A DNA stretch of 64,000 nt from Paragordius varius (lineage: Eukaryota; Animalia; Nematomorpha): assembly GCA_964247055.1 (NCBI GenBank), contig OZ176057.1:2232001-2296000 (forward strand). Reading direction: 5' to 3'. Made by a program: the position numbers and the translations under genes. Every line of letters begins with the position of its first letter. Position 1 is the first letter of the stretch. This document shows, one piece after another, positions 1 through 14,395 of this stretch. Under the pieces are notes generated by a model. The model did not search any database. It saw nothing but the letters and a program-made list of their open reading frames with translations, and was not told the DNA's origin.

Positions 1-6
1 ATTAGG

Positions 7-2136
7 GTGTGCACTGATTTCCGGGTAACAATTAATTCTTTGATGGAGAACATATCTCAGATTATCCCAACATTTGACACGATCGCGTCTAAATGTGACG
101 GATCCACATGGTTTTCGTCCATTGATTTAAAGGACGCTTATCTTCAAATTTCGGTGGATGAGGAGAGCAAAAAATATTTGGTAATTACTATCCAGATGGG
201 ATATTTCCAATTTAATCGTCTACCATTTGGATTAAAGGTTTCCCCCATGCTTTTCCAAAGAATAATGGGTGAGGTTTTCAAAGAATGTAGGGGCAAATTG
301 GCTTAACTCGACGATGTATTGATTGTTGGTAATACGAAAGATGAACATGATAGAACGAGACCCTAGCAAGGTTACAAAAATTCGGTTTTAAGTTAAGGAA
401 AGATTAACTGAAACTTTATCAGAACAATATTAATTTCCTGGGTTTGAACTCTCAAAACAAGGAATTCGTCCTGTACAAGATAAAATTGACGCCATTACGA
501 ATGTGCGACACCTACCAATAAAACTGAGTTAGCATCGTTTTTGGGATTACTCAATTTCATGAACGCTTTATCCCTGGCTTACATGTCAAAGTTAGAAATT
601 TACATGCACTAACAAGATTCAAAAAGGAATGGAGATGGTTAAAAGAACATCAAAATGAATTTAAGCAAGCAAAAAACTTAATATCAAGAGAATCTTTACT
701 GGCCACTTATAACATAAATTATAAAACAATAATGCGAGTGGATGCGTCTCTACAAAAAGCTGTACTTCAGCAAATGGAGAATGAGAGAATGGTACCAATT
801 GCATTCGCGTCAAGAAAACGCCAGAATGCAGAAAAATTATTCTTTGATTGAATTGGAAACCAAGGCTTTGCTATTTGGGTTAGAAAAATTCCATTATTAT
901 ATATATGGCCAGAAATGAGAGGTCTGGTCAGGTCATAAGCCGTTAGTTCATTTATTCGGAAACAATCGGAAGTTAAGTGATATTAAAAACTGTAAATTGT
1001 TAAGATGGATCTATATGCTTTTGATAGAAATATATCGCGGGATCGACAAACATGGCCGATGTGTTTTCAAGACTTCCCGAAAAGAGTCAGACAACATTAG
1101 CTAAGGATGATGAATATGTGGCCGAACAAATCCGACAAATCGCATTTGTGGATTTAAATTTGAATAAAACCCAAATAAAAAAAGATTGTTTGGAGGATAA
1201 GCTGTTTAAACGATTACGTATGCCACTAAAAAATAATAATTGGTCAACACCGGAAATATCCTCAATTAAAGCCGTGAAATGACCTTAAACAAGCTGGTTT
1301 CTTATATGTTAGTGATCGGTTAATTATCCCAACAGCTGCGCGAAAACGAATTTTGGCTTGGTTTCATGTTGGACATCCGGGGATCGTTTAAATGGAACTT
1401 CATTGTGGGAATATGGGAAAGACTCTATGTGGACATCGCGGGTCCCATGTGTGGTAAATGTTGGTTGGTTTTAATTGACGCGTTCTCAAGATGGGTGGAG
1501 GTGGAGATGCTAAACAGTATTACTTCTAATGTGATTTGAAACAATTGGAGAAATGGTTTGCATCTTATGGTTTTCCAAGAATGTTAGTATCTGATAATGC
1601 TACTTATTTTAAATCGTATCAATTTTCGAGAAAAGATAACAAACTGGAACATTAATCATGTGACGTCTGCGCCTTATCATCCAAAAACGAAGGGTTTGGT
1701 GGAACGAGTGATTTACACGTTGAAATCAAGATTTCGTTCTACGATGATGACTGGTATAAAGAGTCAAGAGGCTTTAAATGATGTTTTATTGGCCTATTAA
1801 AACTCGTGGCATAATGAAATAAAGACGACTCCCGCATCGTTGTTTTTGAAGAGGAACATCAACACACCGTTGAATTGATTGCAAGATAAAGAAGCGCCGA
1901 AAGAAAGTACGCCACCAATACCGTGAGAGTTCACACCCTCACAACAAATTTTCATAAAGAATGATAAAACGAAATGATGGCGATCGGGAATGGTGGAAGT
2001 AAGAACGGGTCCATTGTAAGTGATGAAGAAGGGAAACAGATGAGGAAACATGCGGATCAACTCAGGTCTGATGGCGGGCAGAGTGAGGCCCCCAGGCGTT
2101 ACCCAGATCGAGTCCGCAAACCTCCTATGCGTTTTT
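7..2136 (+). mobile_element. Degenerate Ty3/Gypsy LTR retrotransposon pol (RT-RNaseH-integrase), 5' part outside window
   Basis: RT motifs IDLKDAYLQI, LPFGLKVSPMLFQ and (Y->TAA at 304)LDDVL; RNaseH RVDAS, PIAFASRK, DHKPL, ADVFSRLP; integrase HPGI, VDIAGP, IDAFSRW, SDNATYF, SAPYHP..GLVER; typical C-terminal RYPDRVRKPPMRF*. Many stops and frameshifts. Confidence 0.92.
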
Positions 2137-2301
2137 AGAGGAGGAAGAAAATGATATGTAGTTGATATGACACAGCATTGCATCATTGTCTTTTTATCTT
2201 ACATCATATTATTGTTATATTAATCGCATTTAAGGTTTATGTTCGTGCGTCATTATTCGTGGACTTAAGTAAATATTCGTAGTAAAAGACATATTCTTAC
2301 A
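2137..2301 (+). repeat. Polypurine tract (2137-2151) and putative short 3' LTR (TG 2152 ... CA 2301)
   Basis: agaggaggaagaaaa directly after the pol stop, followed by TG; candidate CA end preceded by an AGTAAA signal. No 5' LTR in window to confirm the boundary. Confidence 0.45.
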
Positions 2302-2394
2302 ATTGTGACGCACATATTAAATTATAACTAATAAAATGTATAAATATCACTAAATTTTAATAAATAGAGACCTTATTTGTAATTCGACGATATA

Positions 2395-3799
2395 TTTTAC
2401 ACGGGTGATACCTGGAATCAGAATTGATTCCATATGCTCTCGACTTTCGAAAAATTGCCTCAAAACCCTCATTATTCTAGTGTGCATTTTTCAGGGTAAA
2501 AGCCTAATTAAGGGGTAATTTAATAAAACCGCTCTTACTTAAATTTTTGCCTTTTTACGGGTAATATTTCAAGCCCTTATTAAACTCATATGATCCGATA
2601 AGTTGTCTGAAATTTGCCTCCAAAGTCACGTTGTATCGATATGGTGGCGGAGTTGTTGGCGGGTAGCCCCCTACCCGGAGGCCAATATAAAAAAGACGTA
2701 CGATAAAATTTTTTTGACTTTATAGGGAAATACTTGGAATCATCATTTATTCCATATATTCTTAATAGGTTTTGAAAGAATGGCTTAAAACCTAAATATT
2801 AATTCAATGATAACGCATTTTTTAGGGTATCCAGGGCCTAATTAACGGCTAATTTAAAAAAAACCACTCTTCCTAAATTTTTGTCTTTTAACGGGTAATA
2901 TTTCAAGCCCTTAGTAAACTTATGTGGCCTGATAAGTTTTTTGAAAATTAACTCCTAAACAACGCAATTTCGATATGGTGGTGCAGTTTTAGGCGATTAC
3001 ATCCCTACCCAGAGGCTAATACAAAAAGCGCTTTTAAAATTTTTGCCTTTATTACGAAGAATACCTGGAATCATGATTGATTTCATATGTTTTCATTTGT
3101 TTTTGGAAAAATTACCTCAAAACTAAAAAATCATTCTATGGCGATGTTTAGGGCATGAAGGGCCTAATTAACGGCTAAGTTTAAAAAACTGTACAATCTA
3201 TTTTGCATTGTTTAGGATAATATTTTAAGCACCTATTGAACTCATATGGCCTGATATTTCTGAAATTCAGCCTCAAAGGCACGCCGATATGACGGGGCAG
3301 TTTTTAACAAGTATCTCCTTACCCAGCAGCCAATATAAAAAACGCACGACTAAAATCTTTGCCTTTTAACAGGGAATACATAGAATCCTCATTAAATTTT
3401 TACGGTCTCATACCTTATGCGAAAAATAGATTCAAAAAAATATTTTTGCGGACCTGGTAAAAAAATGGCATTTTCGGGGGGAGCGGGTAAAAAGAGGGCC
3501 TAAATTAAAAAAGTGAGCCGATTATGTTCGTCGCAATCAAAAAAAGTAAAAAAAATCATATGTGAAATCGAATGGTCCAACACATTTTCCGGAAAATTGC
3601 AAAGACGCGATTTTTGTGGACTTAGGTTTTCAAAAAAACCCGTTTTTTTACATGGGGGTCTAATTCAAAAAAAGGCGAAACTATTGTCGTGGCATTCATT
3701 AATAATAATATTTTTTCGACATTCGGATATAAATGGGTCAACCGGTTTTCTGGAGACAGATCACAAAGCCAGCATTTTCCATTTTTATACATATATAGT
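2395..3799 (-). mobile_element. Non-autonomous Helitron-like element, 3'-truncated, with internal ~160/325-bp tandem array
   Basis: Homologous to 37600-39226 and 48220-49945 (shared terminal block ...caaagccagcattttccatttttata.atatatag); recurring acgggtaatatttcaagcc and gaatacctggaatc subunits. Confidence 0.7.
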
Positions 3800-4956
3800 G
3801 CTGTGAATAAATTGAAATTAATGATAGCCAAATTGTAATCCGTCAAATGTCTCTTTAGTACTAAGTCATTAGTATTTTAACTTTGGCTATGGCGGTTTAA
3901 AAAAAGTAGTAAACCATACTGTATTTTGGCTTAATATTGACAATGCTTTTTACAAAATATCCTATTTCCCCTACACAAACAAATAATTCAATGCACACAG
4001 CCATTTATATATAATAGTTCATAGAATGTTTTATCCCATAAATTAGATCCTAATGTAGCTGAACCTGGGTCTTACAACCGAAACTTTTATCTGACGGAAC
4101 GAAAAATTGATATTGACGATACTCTTATTGTTAATTATCAAAGAAAAACATATAATACACTTTTGAGCACTTCAAATATATATTCGATCATTTAAAATTC
4201 ACATTTCTAGATCAATCTAGAACATTTCAAATTCACCCTAAAATAAATTGTTTTTTGAGCTAATTTAACTCATAAATATGATGTATTTCTATATATATCA
4301 TACTGTATTATTTTTTCTGCATATTATTTTTAACTTCATTTTTAAAAATAAAAAATAGAAGTATATGTTTTTAAAAAACATATAATTTATTTTTAGGGCA
4401 AATTTGATATGTTCAAGGATGAAATTCTAATCAAGGGTTGCGGCATAAAGGGTATATCACTCATTACTCAGTACTTTATGTTAAAATTCGGAATATATTG
4501 AAAAATATAAATGCTTACTAATAATAATAGATTTTATTTGGATAATTTGATTTCGACATTATTAAATGGGATGTTATAAGTAATATAAATTTCTTATTAC
4601 TATATGCAATTTTATAGATAATACAATATAATATGGTGTAAATATGCGGCACATGTTTATAAACTTATGAATATTTGATTTATTTACAGTTAAATACAAA
4701 TATAATATATACAAATAAGAATAATTTAGAGTCAATAAAAAGAAATTTGCATGATGATCAGATATTTGCACATTTTTTTAATTTTTTTTATATTTAAACT
4801 AACATTTAAATATAAATTAAAATATTAATTGGTCAATATTCGAGTACATCTACATTCACAATGATAAATTAAAAAAAATTTCTCTATTATTTTAAATGGA
4901 TAATGCTGAATATGACTAGGCAGAAAATTAGATTAAATTTTATTTTGAATAAAAAA

Positions 4957-6731
4957 TTAATGATAGGCCATAGCAATATATTTCTTAATTTTGTATTTTA
5001 ATTTTGATAAATATCCATCATTCTTATGATAATAATAAAAAATTGATTCTTTTAAAAATTTGGGGAGAGGGACGTATTCTATAAGATCATCAATAAAACC
5101 ATTGTATTTTGTTGTAGACGCAGTCAAATGGATCCCGGAATCTTTCCTTGGAGGACAAACGTAATCCAAAGCTTCTGATATGCGTTCCATGATCCAATTA
5201 GCATAACTGTTGGATGTTGCAGTCGTATGACTATTTTTAAATCCACTGGCATCAATTACATAATCTTTCGCACCTACAACGTAATGACCAACCCTATCTA
5301 AAAGAGCTTGGGCATCTTCAGCACTTGCTGTAGATAAGCGTCTGGCCGTTTCAACCAACATGTTGGAAACAAATGTCAAGTACTCTTTGCTATTGTAGTA
5401 CGCTTCTGAGGCAAAATTTTCTTTGCTACTTCCCGAATCAAGTAAATGGGAAAAATAGTCACTTGCCTGCCCCAATGAATCTCGAACCCCACCCAACACT
5501 TTTGCAACGTATTCGGAATTTTTTTCATCATGATTGTGATAACCAGTTAAAGAAGCAAGCTTTTCTGCAGCATCCTTGAATGTATTACTTGCACTCTGGT
5601 AAAAAGTTGATGGATGCCTATGTGCTAAATAATCTGGGTAAACAGCATCAATTAAACCATCTTTAATATCTCCCAAAGTATCGTATGCTTGTTGGGCAAA
5701 TGTTTTATCAGCTCGAATCCCACCTGGGTGCATAACATTAGCTAATTTATCTTTCATATGTTGATAATGTGTTTGGGAAGTGTGAAAATATCCATTCTTG
5801 TGATTATATGGAGATATGTACCCACGCAATCCAGTTAAGTATTGACCGGCTTGATCTATGATACTGTAGGAATCCTCAAGACCGGCATTAGCCAATTTTC
5901 TACCCGCTTCAGAAATCATGTTAGCCGTAGATTCAATGTAATCGCGTGTGTCATACAATGACTCAGATAATGAGACTTTTGCTCTTTCTTTTTCGTCCCG
6001 CATGACTTTCGCAAAATGTTCACTAACATCAGAGATTGAATCTCTCGCGCGATCAAGTATACCCTTCTTTTCTTCAAAGCTCACAGCCTTCGATAATTGA
6101 TCAGAGGCCCGTAAAATTGTATCTTTGGCTCGTCCAAAAAACGTTGTTTTATGATATGGGTAAAATTGCAGAACGAATTCTTCCAAATTGTTCCAGGCAG
6201 TACCAAATGCGTCCCCTATTCCAGACAATGATGATTTATGAGAGTGAGGTAAAAATGTATCTTTAACATTCTCAAAAAACGTAGGTTGTGTATTATAATT
6301 CTTCCCGTATTTTTTTAGCCCCAAAAGGTAATGAGTAACTTGGTCGACCAAAACTTTTCCATCTTCAGCAGCAGCGTTAGGGAGCTTTTGGGACGCTTCT
6401 TTAAGCATGGCAAGAGTGGCATCCAAATATGCTTGGCTATCATAATAAGATTTGTAAGCTTGATCGTTAATATGTTCTGAGATGTGCTGGGGAGCATGAC
6501 CAATTATTTTAGTACGTAGGTTATCAATTGTTTGTCGAATGTGCTGTTCCGATGAATCTGCGTTGGATTTCAAAAAGTGTCCGGTATCCTCAATAGCTTC
6601 CTTAACCCGTTCATAGTAATTTGGTGAATTAGGATATATAGCATCCATAATATTATCTTTCAAATGACTCATTTCGTATAGGGTCCGTTGATATAAAGTT
6701 TTGTTCGGTACCATCCATGGAAAGTGTTTAC
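4957..6731 (-). CDS. Exon 14 (terminal) of lactamase/His-rich repeat giant protein; 3 diverged repeat units
   Basis: 585-aa ORF; acceptor tttataAG|GT at 6733-6732 (phase 1) gives GKHFPW, paralogous to the GDHFPW starts of the upstream modules. Confidence 0.85.
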
Positions 6732-6862
6732 CTTATAAATTTTAAAAAATAAAAACTAATTTAAAAAATAAAAAAAGTCTTAAAAATCGAAAAGTTTCAA
6801 GGTAACATCCATATTTAAATCATATATAGAACACACAAAAAATAAGATCTATCAAAACTTAC

Positions 6863-8665
6863 TAAAATATTTTTCAATAGTTTCAGCATATGTGGGTTCG
6901 TGTTTATGTCCGACAATATAATCCTTGGCACCAATCATGTAATCTCCAACTTGCTCCAAAATGGCTTTAGTTTCGTCAGTGGTGGCGTGAGATAACTGTT
7001 TGGCAGCTTCCATCATCATGACCGCACTATGATCCAGATATGCTTTCGAGTCATAATAGCTATCACTGATAACTTGGCCCAATGAATTTCGATGCTTTTT
7101 ATGCTTTATGAGATCCTTCAAATAATCGCTCGAATCAATTATTGAAGATCGAGATTTTTTCACAATATCCTTGATTTCTGAGAGCGATGTAGCTTTAGCC
7201 AAATCATTAGCATGTCGAATCACAGCATCTCGAGCTTGTTCATAGTAGCCTGGTTGGTGGGGTTTAAGAGAATCGACGAATTGGAGAAAGTATGATTTCT
7301 GCCTTGGATGTATGACTCCAAGAACTGTCTGAGAAAGGCCATCAATGAGATGTTTGGAGTCGTCAACACCCTCTTGTCCAAGATGTTTGGCTGCATTTAT
7401 TATAGCGCTAGCTGTAGATTCGAGATAATCAGCTGATTGATAAAAGTTATCTGTGATAGAATGTGCCAAACTATGTTTATTATGAGGATCAAATACCTCT
7501 TTGAAATAATCACTTGCATCGATCAAACTATTTCTGGTATTGTCAAGAATATGCTTCATATCATGGTGCGATTTCGCACCTTGTAATGAATTAGCAGCTT
7601 TAATAAGGGTAGCGCGTGCATTATCATAAAATGATTTTCGATGATGCGGATAAATGACGTCAAGAATGTTATCCTTTGTATCTTCGAGATATCCAGTGGT
7701 TTTTTCCCATAAGGTTGGTTCATGCTTGATTAAAGACTGAAGAGAATCTGGAAGAGACTTAATGTAATCGACATCAAAATAATTATGTTTGGTTTTATGG
7801 AGATGAGGAACGAAAGCAGAAAGTCCCAATAGATAATTAACGCTTTGGTCTATTATATGATTAACGTCTTTATCTGCATTCTTGGTGAAATGTCTGGCTG
7901 CATCAAGCAACATTGTCGGGGTGTTTTCTAAATAATCTCGACTGTCATAATAAGCATCTGATATGCGCTCCGATAGGCTGGGATGATGGTGGGAATGAGA
8001 AATTATCTTCGTTAAATAATCATTAGAAGATGCTATACTCTTTCTTGCACGATCAAGAATGTGTTTTATATCGCTTTCTTTATTAGTTTTAGACAAATCG
8101 TGAACTGCCTGATTTAAAACTCGCTTAGCATTTTCGTAGTAACTAGGTGGGTGTGGTTTAAACATAGTATGAATATGACTTTCAATTGGTTCCAAGTAAT
8201 GCGTCAAATACTCGACAAGTGCCGATGCATCTTCGTTAGTAGCCTTAGGTAATCGATGAGCCGCGTCTAAAATAGTGGCTTTAGTAGCTTCAAGGTAGGC
8301 GGCAGGATTTTCTTTCAAAAGTTTACTTAATTGCTCAGTTAAAGATGGACTACTTGATTTAAAACCAGCGCTTAATATAGCATTTTTTAATGGCTGAATG
8401 TATTCATGCGCTAAACTTCTCGATTTACCACTATAAAGTTTATTGGCAGTTGATAAAATTGCAGCTAAAGCTATATTATTGTAACCGTGATGCCCTGATT
8501 CACCCCATAATGTGTTCCAAGCTGATTTCAACATACTTGGTTTTTCCGTTGTAAATGGGATATGATCGCTAATCCATTGTTTTGCTTCCTTTGTTTCCGG
8601 AATATAATCAACGGTTCGTTCATATAGGGATTTTTGTCGTGAAGTAAGCCATGGAAAATGATCAC
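6863..8665 (-). CDS. Exon 13, repeat module C (1803 nt, phase 1-1)
   Basis: Open frame; acceptor ttttAG at 8667-8666, donor GTAAGT at 6862; ~95% identical to 12596-14395. Confidence 0.9.
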
Positions 8666-8879
8666 CTAAAACAAATGTATAAAAGTGTTAATAATATAAT
8701 AATTATACATGTAACAATTAAGCAAATCTGTTGTAAAAATAAAATTAGACAATGTTCCAAATATGTGGAGCTAATTTTTTAATGTGTAAAATCAGTCAAT
8801 CATCAATAAAATGCTTTGTTTGGTATAATAGAAAATCAGACTTATTACTACCAAGTTTTGATTAAAAATAGTTTCATGC

Positions 8880-10300
8880 AATTACGTATGTGAGACTGTC
8901 GATTATTATCGGTTTCAAGTATCATGATGAAATTTCATTGTCATACGATCAATATCATTAAAATAAAATTAATCCTTTTTGAGTTATTAGGGACTTTTTA
9001 GTGTTTGACTCTGATTAAAGATGGATATATATTAGTAACATATCTAAAGAGCTAGGGAACAAGGTTTGTGGGTTAGAAATAGTAAACTACATAGAAATGC
9101 ATGGTAAAAGATAGTAGAATAGTAGAAATAGCAAAAGAAATTTGGAGAACTTGTAAAGCATTGATAAAAATAAATTATAAAGTCGAGTTTATAAATTATA
9201 TTTGGTTAAAAAAATGCAGAAAATGTAAAATAAAAAAACCAAAATGGGATTTAATAAGGTTTATAAAGAACTAGGCAAAGATAAAGGAGGTGTTTGTATG
9301 TGTCAAGGTAAGCAAACGTGACAACGGCAAAACTATTTATTGGCAAAAATATGATATTTAACTTATAGAAATAATACGAGTTTAGTGAAGGATGCGAATT
9401 TACCAATTCTCACTCAAAGCAACAACAACCATATCAATTGACTTTTATATCTATTTGAAATGTTTTTGATACAATGCTAGAAAGGGAATTTGGTGTTGCT
9501 AAAAAAGGAAAGGGGGTAGAAGATTATATTTGGTTGCGATCCATATAATGAACATTTAATCAAAGTAAAGATCAGGTTTTCGATGATTTTAAATTAAGAA
9601 ACAAGCTACAACTCTTACACCATTATTCTGCTCATTTGTATCAATGTGATTTCTGGTTGGTAAGGAACGTTTTTTTATTCTGATGATCTTATTCATTTTT
9701 CTGAAAGTTTACTATTTAAACCAAATGTTAACAACTGGTTAAAAGGTTATCCAATTGTGAGTTTAGATAAACAATAGGAAAATTGAGTTTGTAGCTTTAA
9801 CATGTATTGAACGAATTTTAAATTTATGAGGAGAGAATCGGATTAAAATTATTAAAACTTGAGCGCAGTGTGCGCTGATGACAGCTGATATATATAAAAT
9901 TAAGTGTAGCTAACAAATAAAAAATGTTTAAAATAGGTTGTAGGGTGAAGCTTATGAGAGGTATGATTAAGCTGGCATTGAAATAAATATCGAAAGAGTT
10001 ATTGTGGTAGCGGAGATGGCATTTAGGCTGATGAGTGGACGAGCAAGGATAAAGTTAATTATAATGCAGTTAAAAAGTTTGTATGAAATTGGGGATAAGA
10101 GAGGGAGATGATATTATAAAGAAAGATTTAAAAAAATGGAATTCAGAAGAGTGAATATAAGGACAATTTAGGATAAATTTGGAGTGATGGTATGCTACAA
10201 ATTTATTATACTTATATTAAATAAATATTTTTTTCAAAGATGTATTAAACGGTGGAGAGCAAAAAATGTTCATGAATCATATATCATTCAATAGTTAAAA
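8880..10300 (+). mobile_element. Highly degenerate non-LTR (LINE) reverse transcriptase remnant in intron
   Basis: Fragmented motifs in RT order: IDF..K(C)FDT (~9437-9470), FNMY (9796), (C)ADD (9871-9882); many stops. Confidence 0.45.
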
Positions 10301-10405
10301 GCAGAATAATGAATATCGAATGGTGAATGCGGTTGAAAAACTCGATTTTTTTTTTAATTTTGGATATTACCTCAACAAAAATAAGCATTTTTATCGCACG
10401 TCAAG

Positions 10406-11002
10406 TATACCGTTTGCACTTCAAGGTCCTTGAACACTTCAAGTTGGTCCTTGAACGTTTCAAGTTGGTCTTTGAACATTTCAAGTTGGTCCTTGAACAC
10501 TTCAGGTTGGTCCTTTGACTTTTTTGTTTTGTTTTTAACTTTTATCAATCAAATCGTTATTTTATTGTTTTTTAACCTATTTTCTATTATTTAACATAAA
10601 TTTTAAATCGATATCAACTTTTAATCTTTAGGAAACCGTATATCCTTATTAATTTCTTAAAATAATTTTGGATATTTTTAAGATTTAACACGAACTGAAA
10701 AAATATATAAGTTTTCTGGGTTATTAATTAAAATTTTTTATTAAAAACATTTAAAAGTCAATAATTTTGTTCAATTGAAAAAAAATAGTTTAAAACAAAA
10801 AAAATGGTTTTTCAATAAAATTTTTTATTTATAAATGCAAAAATTATGGTTAAATAAAGAATTAGGTTAATAAATAATAAAATTAAAAAATAAATGCAAA
10901 AATTATGGTTAAATCAAAATTTATAAATTTTAAGAACCAACTTGAATCGTTCAAGGACCAACTTGAATTGTTCAAGGACACTCTTGAAGTGCAAATGGTA
11001 TA
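10406..11002. mobile_element. MITE, TACC(A/G)TTT terminus, 21-bp subterminal repeats (ttcaagttggtccttgaacac)
   Basis: TIRs tataccgtttgcacttcaag / cttgaagtgcaaatggtata; TA at both ends; related decayed copy at ~52565-53070. Confidence 0.8.
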
Positions 11003-12595
11003 GATACAAGAGAAGAAAACGCGTCTGCAAGCAGTTTAAAAATTCTAAATTTTATCAAAGATTATATAAATCAAAGCTAATCGCACTTTGGCGATCTATA
11101 TAAAAACTTATTATGGCAAAATATAATAATTTTTATTAAAGAAATTAAGCTGAAATGCGTACAAATATAAAAAATATATATTTTAATTTTCGACTTTTAT
11201 AGTAAAGTCTTTATCGAAAAAATCTCAATTTTAATATAATAATTTTTTTGTCATATATTTACTATATATTTTTGGACTTTAATTTGCTTCAAGCCTTAAA
11301 CATTTTAAGTTGGTCCTTGAAAACTTTTATTTTATTTTTAACATTATAATCAAACCTTGTATTACTAATGCATCCTATCATTATTTAATGAGTATCATTT
11401 TTCCCGAAAACCTATATTTATTTATTTTTTGCAAATATTTTATCGAAAAATTTTTACGCGTAATTTATTAAATTTTAAGTATAGTATAAATTGCATTGTT
11501 AATAACAAGGTTATATTGTTAATGTGCAAATACTATAAATAAAGATATTAAGTTAAAATAAAAAAACAATTACATACAAAAGTAAGGCTGCAAACAAACT
11601 CAAAACTTAAGGACTAGCCTTACCTGAAGGACCAACTCGAAGTGTTTAAGGACAATTTTATGGTATACACATTATTAACGAAAAACAGGAAGACGACATA
11701 TTCAAAAATTTATCCGCATTTTTCCAAATTAGCTATCGAGAGAAAGTATAAAAATTTATTACTTAATTTGTGCCAGAGTTCAAAGCCCGAAACTACGCAA
11801 TTTTTCTATCATCACTGTCAGCCCTGGGCAGGCGAGTGTTAAGGGCTTCACAAGTCCGGATACAATTTAAGTCTCTACCCTTTAATAAAAAAAGAAAAAA
11901 GAGACTCCAAACTGTAAATTTTTTTGAAATTTTACGTTCCAATTAGCAATCACCATATATTTTATAATAAAGCTTGGGTTGTTATAAATTTGATGGATGT
12001 TACGTGTATTCTTGGTTTAAAAGTAAACCATTTATTAAACGGTGAATTCAATATGTTTTAGTGCGTCCACAAAAATATATCCTGATGATATATAAATATT
12101 TTGATAAGAAAATGTATCTTGAGTATCATGGTGCTTTTGGCCTTTACGAATCAAAAGAAGTTATCTGCACTTTGTGGCAATGCTCCATATCAAAAAATGG
12201 CAAAATCTGCGCACATTTTAACTAAATTTCGAATTCTAGATAAGTGTGTTCAACACGCGGTCCTTTAAATATTTGCGGTCTGAGAATAATTAATACAAAA
12301 TCTTATGAAATCTAAGAAAAAAAATTTCTTAGACAAATTTTCTGAGATTTTTTTTTGAATTTTGGCAATGAACCAGAAAAAATGTTAAAAGATAGTTGTT
12401 GCTTACGTTTAAAATCCAATTAAATATTTGTTAATACCCATAAATTATCCAAATGCGGTCCGCAAAACCATTTATGCTGTACACCTCTTTTCTGGAGTTA
12501 GCAAATGACATGACTCTAATTTGCGAAATTTTTCATAACAATTAATTTGAAAATCAAATAAAATATTAAATAACCATAATTGGATTTAAATTTAC

Positions 12596-14395
12596 CAAAA
12601 TATTTTTCAATGGTCTCAGCATATGTGGGTTCGTGTTTATGTCCGACAATATAATCCTTAGCACCAATCATGTAATCTCCAACTTGATCCAAAATGGCTT
12701 TAGTTTCGTCAGCGGTGGCGTGAGATAACTGTTTGGCAGCTTCCATTAACATGACCGCACTATGATCCAAATATGCTTTTGAGTCATAATAGCTATCACT
12801 GATAACTTGGCCCAATGAATTTCGATGCTTTTTATGCTTTATGAGATCCTTCAAATAATCGCTCGAATCAATTATTGAAGATCGAGATTTTTTCACAATA
12901 TCCTTGATTTCTGGGAGCGATGTAGCTTTAGCCAAATCATTAGCATGTCGAATCACAGCATCTCGAGCTTGTTCATAGTAGGGTTGGTGGGGTTTAAGAG
13001 AATCGACGAATTGGAGAAAGTATGATTTCTGCCTTGGATGTATGACTCCAAGAACTGTCTGAGAAAGGCCATCAATGAGATGTTTGGAGTCGTCAACACC
13101 CTCTTGTCCAAGATGTTTGGCTGCATTTACTATAGTGCTAGCTGTAGATTCGAGATAATCAGCTGATTGATAAAAGTTATCTGTGATAGAAAGTGCCAAA
13201 CTATGTTTATTATGAGGATCAAATACCTCTTTGAAATAATCACTTGCATCAATCAAACTTTTTCTGGTATTGTCAAGAATATGTTTCATTTCGTGGTGCG
13301 ATTTCGCACCTTGTAATGAATTACCAGCTTTAATAAGGGTAGCACGTGCATTATCGTAAAATGATTTTCGATGATGCGGATAAATGACGTCAAGAATGTT
13401 ATCCTTTGTATCTTCGAGATATCCAGTGGTCTTTTCCCATAAGGTTGGTTCATGCTTAATTAAAGATCGAAGAGAATCTGGAAGAGACTTAATGTAATCG
13501 ACATCAAAATAATTATGTTTGGTTTTATGGAGATGAGGAACGAAAGCAGAAAGTCCCAATAGATAATTAACGCTTTGGTCTATTATATGATTAACGTCTT
13601 TATCTGCATTCTTGGTGAAATGTCTGGCTGCATCAAGCAACATTGTCGGGGTGTTTTCTAAATAATCTCGACTGTCATAATAAGCATCCGATATGCGCTC
13701 CGATAGGCTGGGATGATGGTGGGAATGAGAAATTACCTTCGTTAAATAATCATTAGAAGATGCTATACTCTTTCTTGCACGATCAAGAATGTGTTTTATA
13801 TCGCTTTCTTTATTAGTTTTAGACAAATCATGAACTGCCTGATTTAAAACTCGCTTAGCATTTTCGTAGTAACTAGGTGGGTGTGGTTTAAACATAGTAT
13901 GAATATGACTTTCAATTGGTTCCAAGTAATGCGTCAAATACTCGACAAGTGCTGATGCATCTTGGTTAGTGGCCTTAGGTAATCGATGAGCCGCATCTAA
14001 AATAGTGGCTTTAGTAGCTTCAAGATAGGCGGCAGGATTTTCTTTCAAAAGTTTACCTAATTGCTCAGTTAAAGATGGACGACTTGGTTTAAAACCAGCG
14101 CTTAAGATAGCATTTTTTAATGGCTGAATGTATTCATGCGTTAAACTTCTCGATTTACCACTATAAAGTTTATTAGCAGTTGATAAAATTGCAGCTAAAG
14201 CTATATTATTGTAACCGTGATGCCCTGATTCACCCCATAAAGTGTTCCAAGCTGATTTCAACATACTTGGCTTTTCCGTTGTAAATGGAATATGATCACT
14301 AATCCATTGTTTTGCTTCCTTTGTTTCCGGAATATAATCAACGGTTCGTTCATATAGGGATTTTTGTAGTGGAGTAAGCCATGGAAAATGATCAC
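12596..14395 (-). CDS. Exon 12, repeat module B (1800 nt, phase 1-1)
   Basis: 633-aa ORF; acceptor attAG at 14397-14396, donor GTAAAT at 12595; lacks one codon (QPYY vs QPGYY) relative to modules A and C. Confidence 0.9.

Noticed and set aside
1797-2186. 129-aa minus-strand ORF
   Set aside because: Antisense to the Gypsy integrase end.
3513-3846. ORFs at 3513/3622, 38222, 38778, 38990, 48496, 49235
   Set aside because: Chance frames within non-autonomous Helitron sequence; no Rep/helicase motifs.
5373-6503. Short ORFs 5373-5579, 6036-6266, 6315-6503 (likewise 17727, 18286, 19352, 19620, 61246)
   Set aside because: Antisense or off-frame shadows of long real exons; no motifs.
10327-10518. 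ORF with repeated LVLEHFK
   Set aside because: Translation of 21-bp MITE subterminal repeats.
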